The notes beneath the pieces were generated by a model. The model had not been told where the DNA came from. It searched no databases and saw only the letters and a list, made by a program, of their open reading frames with translations. Of a stretch of 64,000 nt of DNA, positions 40,156 to 50,035 are shown one piece after another. The translations under genes and the position numbers were made by a program. The DNA is from an uncultured Rhodobiaceae bacterium (GTDB lineage Bacteria; Pseudomonadota; Alphaproteobacteria; RS24), in NCBI GenBank assembly GCA_937876775.1, contig CALEFA010000078.1:8441-72440 (forward strand). The letters run 5' to 3'. Position 1 is the stretch's first letter. The number at the start of each line of letters is the position of its first letter.

Positions 40156-41313
40156 GTGTCCGAGAGTCACGAATCTATTTTGTCGGTGCAAGCACCGGCG
40201 ACCCCTGCTTTGACTGACGCAACGTTGCAAAGCTATTTGCAATTGGCCCGCACGCCGACCATTGGGCCCATCACCTTTCAGCGGCTGATGCAACTTTATC
40301 CGTCGCCGCAAGAAGCGCTGGCCGCTTTGCCGGAACTGGCAGCGCGCGGTGGTCGCAAATCGCCACTCAAAATTGCCAGCCGCGATGAGGTGAAAAAAGA
40401 AATTGATATTACTCATGCGCATGGCGGCCATTATTTAATCTGTGGCGAGGACGGATACCCCGAAGCCCTATCGCATATTGCTGATCCGCCGATTGCCGAG
40501 GCTGTGCATGGCCATGTGTCCTTGTTGGCCAAACCAACGCTGGCCATTGTCGGTTCGCGCAATGCCTCGGCGGCGGGTCAAAAAATCACCGAAACCCTCA
40601 GCCATGAGCTGAGTGGGCGCGGTCTGGTCATCGCATCTGGCTTAGCCCGTGGCATTGATGCGGTCGCCCACGCCCAAGCCTTGAATGGCGGCACAATTGC
40701 AGTTTTGGGCAATGGCATCACCCATGCCTATCCGTCCGAAAACGCGGATTTGCAAAAGGCGATTTTATCTCAGGGCTTGGTGATCACGGAAAACCACCCC
40801 AACAGCCAACCGCAGGCCAGCCAGTTTCCGCGCCGCAATCGGATTATTTCTGGACTATCTTTAGGGGTTATCATTGTGGAGGCCGCGCGGCGATCTGGCT
40901 CTTTGATTACCGCACGACTGGCCAATGAACAGGGGCGCGAAGTTATGGCGGTTCCCGGCTCGCCGCTCGATGCGCGCTGTCATGGGTCAAATAATTTATT
41001 GCGCGAAGGGGCGCATTTGGTCGAAACCGCCGATGATGTGCTGAGCCTTATTCAACCCTTGCTCGATGTGCGGACATTGCGCGCCAAGCCAGCACGCCAA
41101 TTGCGCTTGCAAAGGCCAAGCCCGCGCAGCCTGACCAGCCAGCAAAGAAGCGTCATTACGCGGCTGCTGGGGCCGGTGCCAATTACCATTGATGAACTGG
41201 TAACGCGCAGCAATGAGCCGGTGCCAATTGTCTATTTGGCGATTTTGGAACTGCAATTGGCGGGGCGTCTAACGCAGGATGCAGATGGTAAAATCAGCCT
41301 TTTAGAAACATAA
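40156..41313 (+). CDS. dprA: DNA-processing protein DprA
   Basis: GTG start after AAGGAGAG. The Rossmann-like core IVGSRNAS..G and GLARGID..AH. Conserved dprA-topA adjacency. Confidence 0.9.
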   Translation: MSESHESILSVQAPATPALTDATLQSYLQLARTPTIGPITFQRLMQLYPSPQEALAALPELAARGGRKSPLKIASRDEVKKEIDITHAHGGHYLICGEDGYPEALSHIADPPIAEAVHGHVSLLAKPTLAIVGSRNASAAGQKITETLSHELSGRGLVIASGLARGIDAVAHAQALNGGTIAVLGNGITHAYPSENADLQKAILSQGLVITENHPNSQPQASQFPRRNRIISGLSLGVIIVEAARRSGSLITARLANEQGREVMAVPGSPLDARCHGSNNLLREGAHLVETADDVLSLIQPLLDVRTLRAKPARQLRLQRPSPRSLTSQQRSVITRLLGPVPITIDELVTRSNEPVPIVYLAILELQLAGRLTQDADGKISLLET

Positions 41314-41410
41314 ACCGCCGATCAAGTGAGTGGTGTTAAAAAAATGTCGATTTGACAGACGCCCTACTTTTGCCCATATGATGCGCGCGGAACAGCTAGT
41401 GAGGCAAAAA

Positions 41411-43963
41411 ATGGAAGTTGTTATTGTTGAGTCGCCAGCCAAGGCGAAAACCATCAATAAATATTTAGGCGACAATTTTATTGTGCTCGCTTCCTTTGGT
41501 CACGTCCGCGATTTGCCAGAAAAAAACGGCTCAGTTGATCCGGATAATGATTTCTCTATGGCTTGGGAAGAGCAAGGCGACGCCAAAAAACGCCTGTCTG
41601 ATATTGCCAAGGCGGTGAAAGGCGCAGACCGACTGGTGCTGGCGACTGACCCGGATCGCGAAGGCGAAGCGATTAGTTGGCACGTGTTAGAAGTGCTGCG
41701 CAAAAAGAAAGTTTTGAAAGACACGGAAGTATGCCGCGTTGTTTTTAACGCCATCACCCGCAATTCGGTTCTCGAAGCCATGGCCAATCCGCGCCAGATT
41801 GATGAGAAATTGGTCGATGCGTATTTGGCACGTCGCGCCCTAGATTATTTGGTTGGGTTTAATTTATCGCCGGTTTTGTGGCGCAAATTGCCGGGATCGC
41901 GCTCAGCCGGACGGGTGCAGTCTGTGGCGCTGCGGCTAATTTGCCAACGCGAGCTAGAAATTGAAGCCTTTGTGCCGCGCGAATATTGGTCGGTCGACAC
42001 TTTATTCATCACCAGCTCTGGCGAACAATTGCCAAGCCGTTTAACGCTTCACCAAGGCGAGAAACTCGACAAATTTTCTATCAATAATGAAGACAGCGCC
42101 AAACAAGCCGAAGCGGCCATCAATAGCGCCAGCTTCCGTGTCGAAAATGTCGAAAGCAAACCAGGCCAGCGCAATCCAGCCGCCCCTTTCACCACCTCCA
42201 CATTGCAGCAAGAAGCGTCGCGCAAATTGGGCTTTAATGCCAAGCGCACCATGCAAGTGGCACAATTATTGTATCAGGGCGTCACCATCGATGGCGAAGA
42301 AACCGGTCTGATTACCTATATGCGGACAGATGGCACGCAGATTGCGCCGGAGGCTGTGACCGAAACCCGCCAAGTCATCAGTGAAGATTTCGGCGATGAT
42401 TATTTGCCCGCCGCGCCGCGCGTCTATGAAACCAAAGCCGCCAATGCGCAAGAGGCCCACGAAGCGATTCGCCCAACCTCATTGGCGCGCCGTCCCGAAG
42501 ATGTCGGCAAATATCTAGACCAAGACCAAGCGCGGCTTTATGAGCTGGTGTGGAAACGCACCATGGCCTCGCAAATGGAAAATGCCCGCGTGCAACGCAC
42601 GACGATTACCATTAGCAGCCAAGACCATCAAACTGGCCTGCGCGCCTCTGGAACTGTGATTACTTTTGCCGGCTTTCTAAAACTCTATGAAGAGGGCAAA
42701 GACGACAGCGATGATGAAAAAGACGGCCCTAATCTGCCTCAGGTTTCTGCCGGCGAGATGTTAACCGTCAGCAAAATTTCGCCTGAGCAGCATTTCACCG
42801 AGCCGCCACCGCGCTATAGCGAGGCGACTTTGGTTAAGCGCATGGAAGAATTGAGCATTGGTCGCCCGTCGACTTATGCTAGTGTTTTGTCCGTGTTGCG
42901 CGAGCGCGACTATGTCGTCATGGACCGTAATCGGTTTATTCCGCAGGACAAAGGCCGCTTGGTGGTGGCGTTCTTAGAAAACTTCTTCGAACGCTATGTC
43001 GAATATGATTTCACCGCCGCCTTGGAGAGCGATCTCGATAAAGTGTCGGACGGCTCATTGAGCTATAAAGACGTGCTGGCCCGCTTTTGGGAGGATTTCC
43101 ACACTACAGTTGAGAAAACCATGGAAATTCGTAACACCGAAATTCTCGACACGATGAATGAGGTTTTGGGGGCGCATATTTTCAAAGACACGGGCAGTGG
43201 CGACCCGCGTAAATGCCCAAAATGCGGCGACGGCCAATTGAGCCTGAAAACCGGCCGCTATGGCGCTTTTGTCGGGTGCACGCTGTATCCCGATTGCGGC
43301 TTTACCCGCCCGTTCGCCGGTGAACAAGCCGAACAGGGTGATATTGAACGACTGCTCGGGCAAGATCCGGAAACCGGCCTTGAAGTAAACATCAAAAATG
43401 GCCGCTTTGGTGCCTATATTCAGCTTGGGGAAGCCATTGAAAAAGGTGACAAACCAAAACGCGCGGGCATTCCGAAAGGCAAAACACCGGCGGAAATGAC
43501 GCTTGATTATGCCCTTTTGCTGCTGTCACTGCCGCGCCTTGTTGGCACGCATCCGGAAACTGGCGATGAAATTACCGCCGATATTGGCCGCTATGGCCCC
43601 TATATTAAAGCCGGCAAATTGTCCGCCAGTTTAGAAAATCCGGATGAGGTTTTTGAGATTGGCGTCAACCGCGCCGTTACCGTTATTGCCGAACGCAAAG
43701 CCAAGGGCCCTGCCCGCGCTTCTGGCGGCAGTGTGATCAATGATTTGGGCGAACACCCAGATGATGGCAAGCCGGTGCGGGTGATGGATGGGCGTTTCGG
43801 GCCATATGTCAAATATGACAAGGTCAATGCAACCATTCCAAAGGACGAAGACCCGGCCCAGTTGACGCTGGAACGCGGGTTAGAACTCATTGCCGCGCGT
43901 ATTGCCAAAGGGCCAGCCAAGAAAAAAACCCGCAAGGCCGCGCCGAAGAAAAAGAAGGCTTAG
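41411..43963 (+). CDS. topA: DNA topoisomerase I
   Basis: ORF 41330..43963. ATG 41411 gives MEVVIVESPAKAKTINKYLG (TOPRIM start). It also has ATDPDREGEAI, a CPKCG...C..C zinc ribbon and a Lys-rich tail. Confidence 0.95.
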   Translation: MEVVIVESPAKAKTINKYLGDNFIVLASFGHVRDLPEKNGSVDPDNDFSMAWEEQGDAKKRLSDIAKAVKGADRLVLATDPDREGEAISWHVLEVLRKKKVLKDTEVCRVVFNAITRNSVLEAMANPRQIDEKLVDAYLARRALDYLVGFNLSPVLWRKLPGSRSAGRVQSVALRLICQRELEIEAFVPREYWSVDTLFITSSGEQLPSRLTLHQGEKLDKFSINNEDSAKQAEAAINSASFRVENVESKPGQRNPAAPFTTSTLQQEASRKLGFNAKRTMQVAQLLYQGVTIDGEETGLITYMRTDGTQIAPEAVTETRQVISEDFGDDYLPAAPRVYETKAANAQEAHEAIRPTSLARRPEDVGKYLDQDQARLYELVWKRTMASQMENARVQRTTITISSQDHQTGLRASGTVITFAGFLKLYEEGKDDSDDEKDGPNLPQVSAGEMLTVSKISPEQHFTEPPPRYSEATLVKRMEELSIGRPSTYASVLSVLRERDYVVMDRNRFIPQDKGRLVVAFLENFFERYVEYDFTAALESDLDKVSDGSLSYKDVLARFWEDFHTTVEKTMEIRNTEILDTMNEVLGAHIFKDTGSGDPRKCPKCGDGQLSLKTGRYGAFVGCTLYPDCGFTRPFAGEQAEQGDIERLLGQDPETGLEVNIKNGRFGAYIQLGEAIEKGDKPKRAGIPKGKTPAEMTLDYALLLLSLPRLVGTHPETGDEITADIGRYGPYIKAGKLSASLENPDEVFEIGVNRAVTVIAERKAKGPARASGGSVINDLGEHPDDGKPVRVMDGRFGPYVKYDKVNATIPKDEDPAQLTLERGLELIAARIAKGPAKKKTRKAAPKKKKA

Positions 43964-43966
43964 TGT

Positions 43967-46225
43967 TTGTCTCATTTCCCAACCCGTGACGACATCGTCA
44001 AATTTATCGGCGAGCAAACGGGCAAAATCAGTAAAAGAGATATCGCCAAGGCCTTTCAGATTAAAGGCTCTGACCGCATACCATTGAAAAAACTACTGCG
44101 TGAAATGGCCGCCGAAGGCTTGCTCGATGGCAGTCGCAAAAGCGGCTTGCAACGGCCCGGCGATTTACCAAATGTTTGCGTTGTGCGGGTGACCGGCTTT
44201 GACCGCGAAAACGGGTTAATGGCCCGCGCCGTTAATGATGGCCAAGTGCTCGACGGTGACGACGCGCCACATATTCAAATAGATGAAACCGCGTCGCGCA
44301 ATCGCAACCACCGCACGGTAATTGTGGTGCCCGGCGACACTGCTCTGGCCCGCCTGCGGCGTCTCGATGCGGGGCGCTATACGGCGCGCATAATTCGCAA
44401 ATTGGGGGGCTCTGAAGGGCAGATTATCGGCCAGTTAATTCGCCGCGCCGACGGCTTGTGGATTAGCCCAGCCGACCGGCGCGAACGCTATGAGTTTCGC
44501 GTCACCGAGGCCGCGGATGCAGCCGAAGGCGATTTGGTGATTGGCGAAAAATTGGCCTCACCGCGCATGGGCGCGCGCAAAGCCAAAGTCGTTGAAACGC
44601 TTGGCCCCGCCGACGCACCCAATGCGTTCTCGCTTCTGGCCATTGCCGAGCAAGGCATTGCTACCGTATTTCCCGATGCGGTTTTGGCCGAAGCTGAGGC
44701 AATTAAACCTGCGACCACGCAAAGCCATGAAGATTTGACCCATATCGCTTTTGTGACGATTGATCCGCATGATGCGCGCGACCATGATGACGCGGTTTAT
44801 GCCGAAGCCGACACAGATCCGGATAATCCGGGCGGCTATATTATTTGGGTAGCCATCGCCGATGTGGCAGCTTATGTCACGCCGCAGTCAGAAATGGACC
44901 GCGAAGCCAAGAAACGCGGCAATTCAGTATATATGCCCGATCGCGTGGTGCCGATGTTGCCAGAACGGCTGTCGACGGATTTATGTTCACTGCGCGAAAA
45001 CCAGCTGCGCCCCTGCCTTGCCGTGCGGATGACGATCAATGCGCAGGGACGCCGCTTGGGTCACCAGTTTCACCGCGGGCTAATGCGTTCGGCCGCCAAA
45101 CTGAGTTACCAGCAAGCACAAGCCGCTTTTGACGGGGTCGTTGAGGCTGATTTTGCCGCTCTCGACAAGCCGGTGTTGCAACCCCTATGGCAAGCCTATC
45201 AATTGATGGCTGAAGCCCGCGAGGCACGCGGCCCACTGAACATCAACCGCCCGGAACGGCGCATTGAGCTAAATGACGACGGCCAGATTGCCCGTATTTA
45301 CATACCGCCACGGCTTGAGGCGCACCGTTTGATTGAAGAAATGATGGTCGCCGCCAATGTTTGTGCGGCGGAAACCCTAGAGCGCCATAAGCGCACGCTG
45401 ATTTATCGCATCCATGACGCGCCGCCAGCCGAACGGGTACGCGCCCTCGCCGATTTTATTCGCCCGATGGGGATTAAATTAGCACTCGGCCAAACCCTCT
45501 TGCCGACCATGTTCAACGGCTTGATGGCATTTGCCGCCGAAGGCGAGCACGCGCCGAGCGTCTCGGAGGCGGTTTTGCGCACCCAGTCGCAGGCACTTTA
45601 TGCAACCGAAAACATTGGCCATTTTGGCCTCAATCTTGGCCGTTATGCGCATTTCACCTCGCCAATTCGCCGCTATGCCGATTTGACGGTGCACCGCGCG
45701 CTAATCGCCGCTTTGAAATTCGGCGATGATGGGCAAACCGTCGAAGAAGCGGAGAACCTGCCGGATATTGCCGAGGCGATTTCGCTGAGCGAACGCAATG
45801 CCATGTTGGCCGAACGCAAAGCCTCCGACCGCTATTTATCGGCCTATATGTCGAAACAAATCGGCGATCATTTCACCGGCCGCATTTCCGGCGTGTCGCG
45901 GGCTGGGCTGTTTGTCAAATTGGACGACAGCGGTGCCGACGGACTGATTCCGATCTCGCGGCTTGGTGATGAGCGGTTTTATGCCGATGAGGACAATTTG
46001 ACGCTATCGGGCGGATCGAGCGGATTAACCTTTCGCATCGGCCAAGAAGTTGCTGTAAAACTAGAGGAGGCCACACCTATTCAGGGCGGCCTTCTGTTTT
46101 CGCTCGAAGAGGGCGGCAGTTATGAAAACACCAAGCGGCGGCCTGTTCGTCGCGCCGGTCACCCCGGTCAAAGACGCGGGAGACCAAATGCAAAGACGAA
46201 ACCGAAAGGAAGACGCAGCCGATGA
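43967..46225 (+). CDS. rnr: ribonuclease R
   Basis: 752 aa with a TTG start. RNB domain (TIDPHDARDHDDAV), HFGL..YAHFTSPIRRYADL, a C-terminal S1 domain and a basic tail. Confidence 0.9.
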   Translation: MSHFPTRDDIVKFIGEQTGKISKRDIAKAFQIKGSDRIPLKKLLREMAAEGLLDGSRKSGLQRPGDLPNVCVVRVTGFDRENGLMARAVNDGQVLDGDDAPHIQIDETASRNRNHRTVIVVPGDTALARLRRLDAGRYTARIIRKLGGSEGQIIGQLIRRADGLWISPADRRERYEFRVTEAADAAEGDLVIGEKLASPRMGARKAKVVETLGPADAPNAFSLLAIAEQGIATVFPDAVLAEAEAIKPATTQSHEDLTHIAFVTIDPHDARDHDDAVYAEADTDPDNPGGYIIWVAIADVAAYVTPQSEMDREAKKRGNSVYMPDRVVPMLPERLSTDLCSLRENQLRPCLAVRMTINAQGRRLGHQFHRGLMRSAAKLSYQQAQAAFDGVVEADFAALDKPVLQPLWQAYQLMAEAREARGPLNINRPERRIELNDDGQIARIYIPPRLEAHRLIEEMMVAANVCAAETLERHKRTLIYRIHDAPPAERVRALADFIRPMGIKLALGQTLLPTMFNGLMAFAAEGEHAPSVSEAVLRTQSQALYATENIGHFGLNLGRYAHFTSPIRRYADLTVHRALIAALKFGDDGQTVEEAENLPDIAEAISLSERNAMLAERKASDRYLSAYMSKQIGDHFTGRISGVSRAGLFVKLDDSGADGLIPISRLGDERFYADEDNLTLSGGSSGLTFRIGQEVAVKLEEATPIQGGLLFSLEEGGSYENTKRRPVRRAGHPGQRRGRPNAKTKPKGRRSR

Positions 46226-46638
46226 TTTCAGAGCACCTTCTCGAAGAACCTCGCCAACGCAGCCAAGCCATGTGGCGCGGCGCGCGGGGGCAATGCCCCT
46301 CATGCGGCGAAAAGCATTTGTTTCGAGCCTATTTGAAGGTCAGTGACGAGTGCCCATCCTGCGGCTTGGCATTGAGCGGCCACCAAGCCGATGATGCCCC
46401 ACCCTATTTCACGATTTTTATCGTTGGCCATATTATTGTGCCGGTGGCGCTGGTGGTCGAAAAACTCTATTCGCCGCCGCTCTATATTCATGCGCTGGTA
46501 TTCAGCCTGCTGGCCGTTCTTGCCAGTCTGATTTCATTGCCAATTGTCAAAGGCGCGGTAGTTGGTCTGCAATGGGCTCTGCGCCTGCACGGTTTTGGAG
46601 CGACGAACGAAGACGACGCAACGGCGGCGAAATCATGA
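46222..46638 (+). CDS. DUF983-type membrane protein
   Basis: ATGA overlap with the rnr stop. CPSCG..LF......C..CG zinc-ribbon-like pattern followed by two hydrophobic helices. Confidence 0.7.
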   Translation: MISEHLLEEPRQRSQAMWRGARGQCPSCGEKHLFRAYLKVSDECPSCGLALSGHQADDAPPYFTIFIVGHIIVPVALVVEKLYSPPLYIHALVFSLLAVLASLISLPIVKGAVVGLQWALRLHGFGATNEDDATAAKS

Positions 46639-47402
46639 GCAAAGCGCAATCGCCTATCGGCCATACAAAAGCGGGCCCGGGGGAATATAATGAACCCGGC
46701 GCCAAAGCCGTTCGCCCGCGTGAAGCATCGACGCTGATTATTGTTCGGCAAGAAGAGCAGCCCAAAATTTTAATGGGTAAGCGCGCTGCCAGTCACAAGT
46801 TCATGCCCAATAAATTCGTCTTTCCCGGTGGTCGTCTCGATATGATTGACCAGAGGCTGAGGGTCGACTCGGATTTACAACCGTCGGTCTTGCAACGTTT
46901 GCAAAAAGAGACCCGCAAAACGGTCAGTGACAATAAATTACGCGGGCTGGCTTTGGCGGCAATTCGCGAAACCTTTGAGGAAACCGGCCTGATTATTGGC
47001 CGCAAAACCCCCAATTTACCGGCTACCAGCCACACTGGCTGGCGCGATTATTTTGCCCATGGCGTCACGCCCCCGCTGGAAGCCATGGATTTTATCGCCC
47101 GCGCCATCACCCCAACCTATCGGTCGCGGCGGTTTGATACACGGTTTTTCATGATTTATGATGACCATATTCACACCGACCCTGAAGATACCGGCAAAGC
47201 ATCGGGGGAATTGCTCGATTTACATTGGTTGACACTAACCCAAGCGCGCGATCTTGACCTTCCAGCAATCACCAGACAAGTGCTTGATATTGTTGAGCAA
47301 CGCATGGCCTTAAGCAAGGCGAAGCAGTTTCAAGCCGATGCGCCCTTTGTGCGTTTCATTCGTGGCAAGCCAGTGATTACGCCGCTGTCTCATAGAACTT
47401 GA
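46635..47402 (+). CDS. NUDIX hydrolase
   Basis: ORF 46572..47402. ATG 46635 overlaps the previous stop (ATGA). Nudix box ...FPGGR...AAIRETFEETGL. Confidence 0.8.
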   Translation: MSKAQSPIGHTKAGPGEYNEPGAKAVRPREASTLIIVRQEEQPKILMGKRAASHKFMPNKFVFPGGRLDMIDQRLRVDSDLQPSVLQRLQKETRKTVSDNKLRGLALAAIRETFEETGLIIGRKTPNLPATSHTGWRDYFAHGVTPPLEAMDFIARAITPTYRSRRFDTRFFMIYDDHIHTDPEDTGKASGELLDLHWLTLTQARDLDLPAITRQVLDIVEQRMALSKAKQFQADAPFVRFIRGKPVITPLSHRT

Positions 47403-47426
47403 CTTTAAGCGGTAAATGCCTATCTT
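47399..47426 (+). promoter_or_regulatory. candidate sigma-70-type promoter for rpmG
   Basis: TTGACT (47399-47404), a 16-nt spacer, then TATCTT (47421-47426), about 45 nt upstream of the rpmG ATG. Prediction by eye only. Confidence 0.4.
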
Positions 47427-47472
47427 CACGCCCACGCGCCAAGGTGGCGCACGACTTTTAAGGAATTGAGCC

Positions 47473-47640
47473 ATGGCTAAACCAACAACCGTCAAAATTA
47501 AGCTGGAAAGCACGGCTGGAACCGGGTTTTTCTACGTCACTAAGAAAAACGCCCGTACCATGACCGAAAAAATGGTCGTGAAAAAATACGATCCGGTTGT
47601 GCGTAAGCACGTCGAGTTTAAGGAAAACAAGATTAAGTAA
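47473..47640 (+). CDS. rpmG: 50S ribosomal protein L33
   Basis: Not in the ORF track (55 codons). My own translation is [61 protein letters not shown] lies upstream and a terminator downstream. Confidence 0.92.
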   Translation: MAKPTTVKIKLESTAGTGFFYVTKKNARTMTEKMVVKKYDPVVRKHVEFKENKIK

Positions 47641-47659
47641 ATCTTGCCAATCCAATAAG

Positions 47660-47685
47660 AGGCGCCCTTGAGGCGCCTTTTTTAT
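47660..47685 (+). terminator. rho-independent terminator after rpmG
   Basis: AGGCGCC-CTTGA-GGCGCCT hairpin followed by TTTTTTATT. Confidence 0.85.
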
Positions 47686-47719
47686 TGTCCGCAGAAACGA
47701 ACGAGCTAAATTAGCTAGC

Positions 47720-47998
47720 ATGGAACAAGAACAAGCAGAAATTCTGGCCCTCAAAGCACTCAGCTATTTGGTTGGTCTGGATGAGGAAATGGATCGTTTT
47801 TCCGCCCTCACCGGTATCGGCTCAGCCGATATAATGGAACGGGCCAATGACCCTGAATTATTAGCCGGCGTTGTTGACTTCTTTCTGGCCCATGAAGACT
47901 TGCTCACCGAATTTTGCGCGGTGCACGATTACGATCCGGAAACCCCTTTGCGGGCCCGCCAAGCTTTACCCGGCGGCGACTTGCCCCATTGGACGTAA
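47720..47998 (+). CDS. DUF3572-type small protein
   Basis: 92 aa and acidic. The pattern AL.AL.YL......L.RF...TG.......A..P..L..VLDFL...E.LL..F is as I recall for DUF3572. Confidence 0.6.
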   Translation: MEQEQAEILALKALSYLVGLDEEMDRFSALTGIGSADIMERANDPELLAGVVDFFLAHEDLLTEFCAVHDYDPETPLRARQALPGGDLPHWT

Positions 47999-48014
47999 AA
48001 CAGAGAGACTAAGT

Positions 48015-48683
48015 ATGATGCGTGAAGCCCCCCATGACGATATTTTGCTACAATTACGCGACCTTGAGATTGACCCTGAACGGCCACTGATTATCAGTGA
48101 CGCCGATGAGGTGCTGCTGAAATTTATGGCTCGACTGGAGCACTATTTAGAAACCAAAGGGCTTTGGATTGATCTCACGCGCTTTGCAATCAACGGAAAC
48201 ATCAAATCAATTGAGACCAATGAACCGGTTGAAGTGCCGAATATGATTGATGATTTTTTCGCCACTCAGACACTGCACATTGAGGCCGCACCGGGGGCGG
48301 CGCAAGCCATCAACCGGCTTTCCGAACAAGCGCAGATTATTATTTTGACCAATCTACCGGCCAGCGAAAAACAATTGCGGATTGATAATCTGGCCGGTCA
48401 TGGCATTGATTTTCCGGTGGTGATTGGCTCTGGCCTGAAGGGGCCGGCTGTGGCGTGGTTGGCGCAAAATATGCAAGCACCGGTTTTCTTTCTCGACGAT
48501 ATACCGCACAATATCGACAGCGTCGCCGAACACGCGCCAGATGTTCATCGCATTCATTTTATTGCCGACCCACGGCTGGCTAAACTGATCGGCCCAGCAA
48601 AAGGAGCCAGCCAACGTATTGATGTCTGGGAAGAGGCCTATGAGTGGATCAGCGATAAAATCAGCGCCCATGTCGGAAGATAA
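48015..48683 (+). CDS. HAD-superfamily hydrolase-like protein
   Basis: ORF 47871..48683; ATG 48015 chosen. Motif I IISDADEVL (DxDxV), motif II ILTN and motif IV FFLDD. Confidence 0.65.
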   Translation: MMREAPHDDILLQLRDLEIDPERPLIISDADEVLLKFMARLEHYLETKGLWIDLTRFAINGNIKSIETNEPVEVPNMIDDFFATQTLHIEAAPGAAQAINRLSEQAQIIILTNLPASEKQLRIDNLAGHGIDFPVVIGSGLKGPAVAWLAQNMQAPVFFLDDIPHNIDSVAEHAPDVHRIHFIADPRLAKLIGPAKGASQRIDVWEEAYEWISDKISAHVGR

Positions 48684-49956
48684 GCAGCCGGTCATTTGTC
48701 GCGATTGCGGACAGATCAACCAGCTTGCTATCGACCCACCGGTTAAACGTTGTCCGGCTTGCAAGTCGCCGCGCCTTCTCAAACATGATGAGTTGCTCAC
48801 GCTTGGTATTGCGCATTTGGATTGCGATGCGTTTTATGCGGCGGTCGAAAAACGCGACAACCCTGATTTACACGACAAACCAGTCATCATTGGCGGCGGG
48901 CGTCGCGGCGTGGTGTCGACGTGCTGTTATATTGCACGGATTTATGGCGTGCACTCGGCCATGCCGATGTTTCAAGCTCTGGCCGCGTGTCCGGATGCGG
49001 TTGTTGTGCCGCCGAATATGGAAAAATATGCTCAGGTTGGCGGCGACGTGCGGCAAATGATGCAAGATCTGACGCCGCTGGTGGAGCCGGTGTCGATTGA
49101 CGAAGCATTTATGGATTTGCGCGGCACGCATCAGCTACATGGCGGCCCACCAGCTCAAACCTTGGTCAATTTGGTCAAGCGAATTGAGCAAGAGATCGGC
49201 ATTAGCGTGTCGATTGGCCTGAGCCACAATAAATTTCTCGCTAAATTGGCCTCTGATATCGATAAGCCAAAAGGGTTTTCGATTATTGGTGAGGCAGAAA
49301 CTCTGAGCTTTCTTGCCGACTTGCCGGTTGGGCGCCTGTGGGGGGTCGGCAAAGCCATGCAGGCGCGGCTGGAGCGCGACGGCATTCGTTATGTGTCGCA
49401 GTTGCAAAATATGGACGAAAGCGACCTAGCGCGGCGCTATGACAGTTTAGGGCTACGTTTGGCGCGGCTGGCACGCGGCCAAGATGCCCGCGCCATTACC
49501 CCGCGGGCGCCGAATAAGAGCATTTCCAGCGAAACCACCTTTAACGAAGATTTGACCGACTATGCGACCATGGAAAAACATTTATGGCGGCTCAGCGAAC
49601 GCACGGCGCAAAGATGCAAGAAACAAAAAATAGCCGGTAAAACCATTGTTCTGAAACTGAAAGCCGACCGGTTCAGCGCCCTGACCCGCAATCATGCCCT
49701 GCCCAATGCCACGCAATTGGCAGATGTCATTTTTGAAACCAGCCGCCAAATGCTGCAACAGGTGATGAAAGATAAGCCCGGCACGTCCTATCGGTTGATT
49801 GGGGTTGGCGTGGCCAACTTAGTGACGGCGGAAGGTGCCGACCCGCTCGATCTGGCCGATCCGGATCAACAAAAACGCAAAGCGGCCGAACAAGCGATGG
49901 ACAAATTGCGCCATAAATTTGGCGATGACACTATTAAGAAGGGACGCGGGCTTTAG
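48670..49956 (+). CDS. dinB: DNA polymerase IV with N-terminal CxxC-x14-CxxC zinc ribbon
   Basis: ORF 48619..49956; ATG 48670 chosen. VICRDCG...RCPACKSPR precedes the Y-family core IAHLDCDAFYAAVEKRDNP and SIDEAF. Confidence 0.9.
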   Translation: MSEDKQPVICRDCGQINQLAIDPPVKRCPACKSPRLLKHDELLTLGIAHLDCDAFYAAVEKRDNPDLHDKPVIIGGGRRGVVSTCCYIARIYGVHSAMPMFQALAACPDAVVVPPNMEKYAQVGGDVRQMMQDLTPLVEPVSIDEAFMDLRGTHQLHGGPPAQTLVNLVKRIEQEIGISVSIGLSHNKFLAKLASDIDKPKGFSIIGEAETLSFLADLPVGRLWGVGKAMQARLERDGIRYVSQLQNMDESDLARRYDSLGLRLARLARGQDARAITPRAPNKSISSETTFNEDLTDYATMEKHLWRLSERTAQRCKKQKIAGKTIVLKLKADRFSALTRNHALPNATQLADVIFETSRQMLQQVMKDKPGTSYRLIGVGVANLVTAEGADPLDLADPDQQKRKAAEQAMDKLRHKFGDDTIKKGRGL

Positions 49957-50035
49957 CTGTTCAAATCACAGACGGTTAGGGTTAGTCTAGACCACTGGAT
50001 GCCCACCGCTTTACTCGAAATTTAGGATGAAACGC

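Noticed and set aside
47641-47719. Alphaproteobacterial LexA box (GTTC-N7-GTTC / GAAC-N7-GAAC) upstream of the dinB-containing operon.
   Set aside because: Only one GAAC (in AGAAACGAACG) is present, with no partner at the required spacing. The 5-3-5 palindrome AGCTA-AAT-TAGCT next to the start codon is short enough to be chance.
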